Source: Catajapyx aquilonaris (lineage: Eukaryota). Taken from it: a stretch of 45,525 bases of DNA. The stretch is taken from positions 1 to 45,525 of the forward strand of contig KZ538847.1 of assembly GCA_000934665.2 (NCBI GenBank). The letters run 5' to 3'. Numbering within the stretch: position 1 is the stretch's first letter; each line of letters starts with the position of its first letter. The notes under the pieces are model-generated. The model worked only from the letters and a program-made list of their open reading frames with translations. It had not been told where the DNA came from and made no database searches. Below, piece by piece: positions 37,569 through 45,525 of the stretch. Both the position numbers and the translations under genes were made by a program.

Positions 37569-40500
37569 CAGTGGAGCATCGATTATCCGAACAGAGTCTG
37601 CCCAGGGGGTGTTCGGAAAACTGATTGTTCGGATAACCAATCATTTACGGAAAAAAATTGTACCGGTGTCATAGGAGCAATATGAAACTAACATACAGTG
37701 ATATTAACGACAAAACTGTATAGTTTCTGTCACAGGCACGTCTTAAAAATACTGTACATATACCTTACTGTCCTTACATGAAGTTCTCCTACAGTTTTGG
37801 GGGGGGGGGGGGAAAGGCCAATTTCTTTTGCTTGAGAGCCGAGGCCACAAGCGGAACCACATAGCATTTTTTTTTTTTTTTTTTTGCAGACCCGACAACG
37901 TTTGGTTTGTGACGACCCAGGGTTCGCCCCGGGTCCGCCCCTAGCTAGCTCATACCAAGAAAACTAGGTGGGTTCCTTGAGCACTGGTATTTATTGACCT
38001 TCTCGGTCCCAAGCTGAGTACAGACTGGCTTTTAGGCTTTTACAACCTAAACCCGCTGGGAGGGAAAGGACTGGTGCCCCCCAACCAATAGGGTGGTCAG
38101 GGTCAAACCGTTACAACACCCTCCCTCTTTGAAAACCTCATTTACATACAAAAACTAATTACATCCAACAATGACAAGGGCTACAAAAAATATCAGAACA
38201 TTCAAATACCACCAGACAATCCAAGATCCATTACAATTACTGTTCAACTCTGGTTCAACTCAATGGAGGGGGAAGAGGAAAGGAAAAGATGAACTGTCTC
38301 TCGCGATGCTGGTCAATCAGTGGGCTGCAGCTGGTCATCAAAGGCTCCTTCATCACTGCTGCTGCTCCTGCTGCTCCAGTGGCCCCTTGCTAGGACGGCA
38401 ACCTCCACCCGAAATCGCTCGTTGCAGGTGAGGTCAGCGCAACGACAGCACCCCCACCGGCGGCGCACCCACGTCCATCTCCAACGGCATCATGTCAAGC
38501 AACTCCTTTCCGTGCACCTGCAGTCCATGGCAGGCACATGGGCGCCCCAGCACCCTCCTGGAGTCCTGACCATGTCCGCCAAGCATGACCCGTGGTCCCC
38601 CGGTGTCACCAGGAACTGTCCGACGCCACACCTCGATGTTACCATTGTTGTCATCCACACGCCAGCACCAAAACAAACAGGCCCAAGTCGGACCACGTGG
38701 GAGGAAAGAGAAAGTGGGAAGGAAAAAAAGGATAGGCAACCCTCCATAAAAACAAAAGCAACAAAAAAAATATTCACTTGGTTTCCAAGAGTCTTTAAAA
38801 ATAAACAAATGCTTCCACTTCACACCACAGCGTACTCAAGGAAAAAAAGTCCACAGAAACATCAAACACATACCATGAAAAAAAAAAATGCACCACACAC
38901 AAAGCACAATCATAACAATGAAATCCCATTCATTCCTAGAAAGTTTTCTCCCGCATCTCCCAACGGAACTCCCGATTAGTTACAGAGGAGGGGGACAAGG
39001 CTCCTTGCCTTACTGCAGGGGGACTGTAAAACAGGTTGACCCCCTGTTACAGTTTGACGGACCGACCCTTAACAAAGGGACCCACTCTCTTTTTGTCCTC
39101 GCAAAAGCAGGTCAACACTGCCCTCCAAGAAAAGCGACGCTTCCTTGGCGCCAAAAGCTGACTTTTTCAAGGACCAGCAGGCGTTATTTTTCCGGGCGAA
39201 ACTCGCCTCCACTAAATTGTCATCCTAATTAGGATTTAATACTGTCTTCCCATCTGGACACCAGATGAACGGCAAGACTCAACAACGTGCCGTAAACGGC
39301 TCGTGTCCCACCAAGCAGTCCAATCTGCATCGGATTGACCGCTGGCAACAATGGAGTTGACACAACTCGCTTAAAAATCGCAGCCCCCGCAAGCGGCTAT
39401 GAGCGATTATGTCACCCTGGAATCCACTGACCTGGCATGGCAGAGAGGAATCTTATGACCTCGCACAGGACATCTGTCCTCCAGGCCTCCAGGCATGGGT
39501 GGCACTTTAAGTTAACCACCCCCGCCGAAGAGGCCAAACCGGCGTACAGCCCATTGACACCTCGCCTGCCCACCTTGCGGTCCTCAAAACCAGGACAACG
39601 ACGCTGCCAATATTTGGCACGCCAAAATAAACCTCGGCTGCTCCATCAACCGACACCACCACTCCACCAGACGTCTTGACCCCTTGACCAGAGAGTCATC
39701 CGACTGACCTACAATATGCCACCCGAGCCTCCAGGTCTCAAGAGTGATCATGTCACCCGAGTCCAAGCTCAAGAGTAAGCACCACCTGCTTCTATATACA
39801 CGTAGGTACCCCCAAGGGATTTTTCTGGGAACAATCATGATGAAAATTAACAATCATCCCCCAACAATAATAACGGGCAGCGCCAATCGCGCTGGCTACG
39901 GTCGTGCACGGTCCTCGAGCGGCCCAAATTCCAACCCTCGAGACCAACAGCACTGAGCGTCTATCGCTCCACAATAGATCAGCTTGCATTCAACAATGCA
40001 GCAGTCCTGTCTTCGGACCCACCGAAGACCGCCTCGAACGCATCGGCACCCGATGCGAACAAAGACCAGGCATGCTGTCCAACAATGGACGCAGTCCTGA
40101 TTGCCATTTCATGCTTCAAGCATTCAATGGCCTGATGACCCTAAATGGCCACAGTGCTACATAGCTCTGTCCACCAGGGCATCAAATTTGCATCCAAGAA
40201 TACCTATTCCTGGCAACAACAATAATTATTGGGCGCCACTTCCGTACAGTCCAGACCGGACTCCGGAAGAATTCGGAAACCCGGGGATGACCCAATTTCA
40301 ATTTACCGCCCTTTCCATGTCCCCGTCGACCTCGACGGTTAGGATTCGGAGGGTGTAAACACCCAAAAATGCGCATCCGGGTCCGCTGACACAGCCCCCG
40401 GATTTGTGTCCAGGTCATCGGAAGCGATCCCGCTTTCCTCCAACCACGGAGTCGTGTACTCACCAGTACCCAAGACAGCGCTGGGAAGCCATTGTGGCGT

Positions 40501-40779
40501 AAATCCACGTTGGGCGTCATTGTGACGACCCAGGGTTCGCCCCGGGTCCGCCCCTAGCTAGCTCATACCAAGAAAACTAGGTGGGTTCCTTGAGCACTGG
40601 TATTTATTGACCTTCTCGGTCCCAAGCTGAGTACAGACTGGCTTTTAGGCTTTTACAACCTAAACCCGCTGGGAGGGAAAGGACTGGTGCCCCCCAACCA
40701 ATAGGGTGGTCAGGGTCAAACCGTTACAGGTTAACCGATGGTTCGGTTGATCGGTGTTCGGATAATCGATGCTCCACTG
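37569..40779. mobile_element. Tc1/mariner-pogo-type MITE (~390 bp) split by an LTR element
   Basis: TA-CAGTGGAGCATCGATTATCCGAACA ... TGTTCGGATAATCGATGCTCCACTG-TA, a perfect 25-bp TIR. Confidence 0.85.
37908..40728 (-). mobile_element. Non-autonomous LTR retrotransposon (probably Ty3/gypsy-derived)
   Basis: Identical 208-bp TG..CA LTRs (37908-38115, 40521-40728) with GGTT TSD. Minus-strand PBS TGACGCCCAACGTGG (tRNA-Lys-type TGGCGCCCAACGTGG with one mismatch) and PPT AAAGAGGGAGGG. No long ORF. Confidence 0.93.
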
Positions 40780-41001
40780 TAGTGCTATATCCCTCAAAAA
40801 AATGGAGATTATTTTGGATTGAAAATAAATGCAAAATCACCTCTCTATTTTTGAGCAGTATAGCACAGTATAGCACAGTATAGGTACTGTATAATAAAAG
40901 ACATGTTGTAAGTTACATAAAATTCGACTTCTGCATAATGTTGCAGAAAGATCCTCTTATGCAAGTTGGGGATTTACTATATCTTGTATTTTGTCTTGCA
41001 G

Positions 41002-41533
41002 CGATGCTACTACCTGTCTCTAGAGTACTACATGGGACGCTCGCTGACCAACACAATGGTGAATATTGGCATTGATAGTGCTTGTGATGAAGCCATGCAC
41101 CAGTTGGGTCTCAACATTGAGGAGCTGGAAAGCATGGAGGAAGATGCTGGATTGGGGAATGGTGGTTTGGGCCGCCTGGCTGCTTGTTTTCTGGACTCCA
41201 TGGCCACCCTTGGACTGGCAGCATATGGCTATGGAATCAGATATGAGTATGGAATTTTTGCCCAGCGCATCAGACAAGGAGAGCAGGTTGAGGAGCCTGA
41301 TGATTGGCTTCGGTATGGGAACCCATGGGAGAAGGCCCGGCCAGAGTACATGATCCCAGTCAACTTCTATGGGAGGGTGGAGGATGCTGGCAATGGGAAG
41401 GCCAAGTGGATTGACACACAACCTGTCTTTGCTCTCCCATATGACAATCCCATCCCAGGATACAAGAATAATGTGGTTAACACCCTTAGGCTCTGGTCTG
41501 CAAAGTCACCTGTTGAATTCAACCTCAAGTTCT
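41002..41533 (+). CDS. GlyP: Glycogen phosphorylase, coding exon 2
   Basis: [43 protein letters not shown]; ttgcag / T|gtaagt boundaries. Confidence 0.97.
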
Positions 41534-41617
41534 GTAAGTCTTCATATGTTGTTGCATTGTGACAGCCCAAGTATCGGAAAATTTTATAAATATTGACTCC
41601 ATCATTTCCCTTTTCAG

Positions 41618-42456
41618 TTAATGATGGTGACTATATCCAAGCTGTGCTTGATCGCAACTTGGCTGAGAACATCTCTCGTGTACTGTACCCCAATGACAAT
41701 TTCTTTGAAGGAAAGGAACTGAGATTGAAACAAGAGTATTTTATGTGTGCAGCCACCCTTCAAGACATCATTCGTCGCTATAAGGCTGCTGCCCCTGGAA
41801 CTGGGCACAAGACACGCACCACCTTTGATGCTTTTCCAGACAAGGTTGCCATTCAGCTGAATGACACTCATCCATCAATGGCCATCCCAGAAATGATGCG
41901 TTTACTGGTTGATATTGAAGGGTTGGATTGGAACCAGGCTTGGGACATTACAGTTCGAACTTGCGCATACACCAACCATACTGTCCTTCCTGAGGCACTT
42001 GAACGCTGGCCCACCGCCATGCTGGAAAATATCCTTCCACGTCACCTCCAAATTATCTACCAAATCAACCATGAGTTCTTGGAGCAGGTGATGAAGAAGT
42101 GGCCTCATGATTTGCCCAGGATGCGGCGCATGTCTTTGGTGGAGGAGGAAGGGGAGAAACGGATCAACATGGCATTCCTGTCCATTGTTGGTTCACATGC
42201 AGTCAATGGGGTTGCACGCATACACTCAGAGATCCTCAAGGCAGACCTCTTCAAGGACTTTTATGAGATGTTTCCAGAGCGCTTCCAGAACAAGACCAAT
42301 GGGATTACTCCAAGGCGGTGGTTGCTGCTTTGTAACCCTGGACTGTCAGATGCAGTGGCAGAAAAGATAGGAGATTCATGGACTGTACATCTGGAGCAAC
42401 TTACAGGGCTTGCAAAGTTTGCTGAAGATCCAGGCTTTCAGCGAACGGTAGCACAG
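41618..42456 (+). CDS. GlyP: Glycogen phosphorylase, coding exon 3 (gene presumably continues beyond the window)
   Basis: [53 protein letters not shown]; donor CAG|gtatgg. Confidence 0.97.
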
Positions 42457-42603
42457 GTATGGTCTTTTGCTTATCCATGCTGAGATAGTATGGAATGGAC
42501 AGGGGAACAAGTTATCTGTCTTTATTGTCATTTTAGATTTCTGCAGTTCAAATAGTGTACTGATGAGACACTTCTTGTCTTCAGGCATCATATTACCATA
42601 GTA

Positions 42604-42811
42604 CAGTGGTTTCCAACCTTTACCAACTGCCCCTAAACATGTTTCCAAAATTGTCCGACCCCCCCCCCCCNCTCCCCCAGCTTCTTCTACAACTGCCCCC
42701 TTTCCAGAAAATATACACGCTGTATGGCAGCAAAAATGGTTCAATTGACACAGAAATTGCAAAAAAAAAACGTTTAACCAAGGCTCGTGACCCCACGGTT
42801 GGAAACCACTG
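42604..42811. mobile_element. hAT MITE
   Basis: TIR CAGTGGTTTCCAACC / GGTTGGAAACCACTG; imperfect 8-bp TSD CCATAGTA/CCATAACA. Confidence 0.75.
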
Positions 42812-43350
42812 CCATAACATCATATTACCTCACTTAAAGCGGCATGCCGGTATAGTCGAGGTCAACCAGTTTATAGAAATGCATGAGCTGGTGGCTATAC
42901 CAGCATGCCGGTGTAAGTAAGGTATGTCGGTATAAGATGAGGATTTCACTTGCACGATTCTTTCCAAACTTGATATTTGGCTGAAAATCGAAATCCGCGT
43001 AGAGGTTATCGAAAAGACACATTTTCCCAATCTAGTACCATAAAATATTTAGTTTTCAATTGCTCAGTGTGTGGCAATCATCTGTATGTACAGTGTATAG
43101 TGGAGTTCAATTAGCACTTGTTACTTTCACTATCCCCACTTAACTGATTCTTTGGGGAGATGCTAGTTTTTTTTAATGAACCCTTTTCATTCATTTATTT
43201 TACTGATATTATTACTAACAGCCTACGAGTGTGCCTGAACTATAGAACCTGCAAGACCTGCAACCACTGAGCTGTATTGCCTTGATCCTTGTGATAAGTA
43301 GGGGGTTCCCTACCAAAGCAGGCTGACATTGGGATTGGTGACATTATATG

Positions 43351-43913
43351 TGTTGGGCTCAAACCCCGAAAACAGCCATTGAGGAAAAAAAAAAAAAACA
43401 ACTACCATTTCGGGAAATGCTCTTATCAAAATGGGCAGATCACAAAATGCGTTGTTTTCAAATGAACAGACCCTGAAATGCGCCTTTTAAAAAGATCAGA
43501 ACGCTTTTCTGGACTACACAAAAATGTCAGGACACGAAATTAGTGTCATGGCTGGTTCAGAAAAAGATCATAACGCGCTGTGGCAGTGTCTTGTTTCTCA
43601 CTACACCATGTAGATAACAACAATAGAGTGATTTATTTCCAGCATCTACTTGCCACAGCATGATATGGGCTTTTTCTGAATGAGCCACTATCCACACGTT
43701 TCGCATCCTGACATTTTTGTGCAGTCCTGAAAAACCTTCTGGCCTTTTTAAAAAGAGCATTTCTCGGTCTGCCTGTTTTAAAATGAACATTTCGCGAAAT
43801 GGATGGTTTGAAAAGGAGCATTTCGCGATCTGCCTGTTTTGAAAAGGGCATTCCAGGAAATGATTTTTTTTTTTTTTTTGCTCAATGGCCGTTTTCAGGG
43901 TTTGTGCCTAACA
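43351..43913. mobile_element. Foldback MITE with TGT..ACA termini
   Basis: TGTTGGGCTCAAACCCCGAAAACAGCCATTGAG / CTCAATGGCCGTTTTCAGGGTTTGTGCCTAACA. The arms pair for ~190 bp and TATATG lies on both flanks. Confidence 0.8.
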
Positions 43914-45525
43914 TATATGCACTTTGCAACAGAACTTATTGCATATTCTCACATCCCTGTACTCGGACATATTTCACCATAACATTATTTTAGTACGGTA
44001 CCAGAAGCATTCCAAAATATTTGACAAGGATCAAAATTATAGAAATCTACCTCGGTTATTGTGGCATGCCGGCCACCCCCGGGACTATGAAATCAGTCAG
44101 AATATGTCAAATACTTGTTTATGTCAATCAGCAAGATATTTCGTGGTAAATATGTGTGAGGTGTGTTTTTAAAAAAAACAAAGCTAGAATATATTGCAAA
44201 ATGAGTTCACTGAGCTGGGATATAAAGTCAGCATTGGTAGTTTGCATTTTCTTCAATTTTCAGCTGGTCACATGAGGCGATGGTCAGTGTAGGAATTGTC
44301 ATTTTATGACAACAGTAGATTTTTCACCATTTTGGACTTTTCTCATCGAAAAACAGTCTTATTGAACGTCTCTTTTTGTCTGTCTGTGGACAGGTAGCAG
44401 GGCCTAAACCGCAAGAGATAGCGACAAATGGTTTTCGAATTCGTCTTTAGCATGACCTAAATAGGTTTCATGGTCAACTACTAGTGACCGGTCACTTTAG
44501 TTTTCCAGCTTGACTCGATCACCAAGGTCAAGTTACAGGCAGGTTACCATTTAAATTGGGTTCCTTGGCAACGGGAACTAAAACTGACAACAATCAACAT
44601 CATTGTTGTCCAATTAGAATCTCACTGTGTAGTAACGCATCAGGTTTGTCGGACTCATTTCCTGCTGCCCAATGAGAAAAATTCCACTCGAATCACGCCT
44701 TGTGTGATTTGCCAATCTTGTTTCAATATGTGTATTGTTTCTAGAGCTGAAATTTAATATAATGGATGATTGCTTGCTAGTTGTTCCTTAATGTTGTGGT
44801 GTCCCTCCATAGGTACAACCAGTAGTACGCACCCATCAGTTTAACGAAGCAAATAACATATTACCTCACATTAAGGTGGAAATGAAGCTAGAGTCACCTA
44901 ATGAGAATTTTATGAAAAAAACATGTTACTCAGTTTTATGTACTCTTATCAATGGCGCAAAAAAATATACGTCACCGTGCAAATTAGCTCACAGGAGGGC
45001 TCAGAAGTTCGCGATTTAACATGGGCCCTTATGGCAGAATTTTCAATAGTCCACAGAAAAATCAAGTAAATGAGAATTTTAAAGTTTAATGTGGAATATG
45101 TCGGGAATTATATACTGATCGTAACCGCAAAGAGAAAAACCTACCTCACCGTGCTCTTTCAATTTGTGTTGCTGAAAAACGATTCGAGAATGATCCAGTG
45201 ACGTCACATTGCTCCACTTGAGTGAGGCAGTGGCAACACAGCGTTGTTTACGGTAGCGAGATACGGTTGCAGCATACGACCGCGAAATATGAGTGCAAGT
45301 TAGTATGATGGTTTTTACCATGGTTATTGAAGACTCAGGTTAGGTCACTCCCCACCCACCCCCTGCCGAAGGATTACGCACCGGGTGGCCACTTGAGATC
45401 GCTACGAGACATTTCCCAAGGCTATCATGTGGCGACCCTACCGGACTAAGGCTGAACTTTACAGGTACGAAAAGGGGAGGGCTACATGCTGGCCCAATAT
45501 GGCCGCCAGCGGCCATGTTGGGCCC

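Noticed and set aside
38320..38979. 219-aa ORF inside the LTR element
   Set aside because: Antisense to the element's PBS/PPT orientation, low complexity, no gag/pol/env motifs recognised.
42834..44100. Possible TTAA-flanked element starting TTAAAGCGGCATGCC (also TTAAGGGGGG at 13644)
   Set aside because: No convincing matching right terminus with TTAA.

Overview
Eukaryotic (animal, probably arthropod) genomic DNA carrying three intron-containing genes. (1) The first three coding exons of serine palmitoyltransferase subunit 2 (SPTLC2/lace-like) lie on the minus strand at 3741-5310 and presumably continue off the left edge. (2) A complete reticulon gene (Rtnl1-like) on the plus strand, ~6.1-31.8 kb, sits head-to-head with SPT and has several phase-1-compatible alternative N-terminal exons feeding one reticulon-homology domain (RHD). 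(3) The first three coding exons of glycogen phosphorylase lie on the plus strand at 35287-42456. The introns are packed with non-autonomous transposons, often nested: MITEs of Tc1/mariner, PIF/Harbinger, hAT, Sola-like and P-like type, three tRNA-derived SINEs with target-site duplications (TSDs), and a 2.8-kb non-coding LTR element with identical 208-bp LTRs inserted inside a MITE. I see no clear evidence for a wholly new biological system. The best leads are the divergent SPT/reticulon arrangement, the reticulon isoform set (LIR-like motif, extra hydrophobic N-terminus) and the young but internally decayed LTR element. All family assignments come from motif recognition by eye; no database searches were run.
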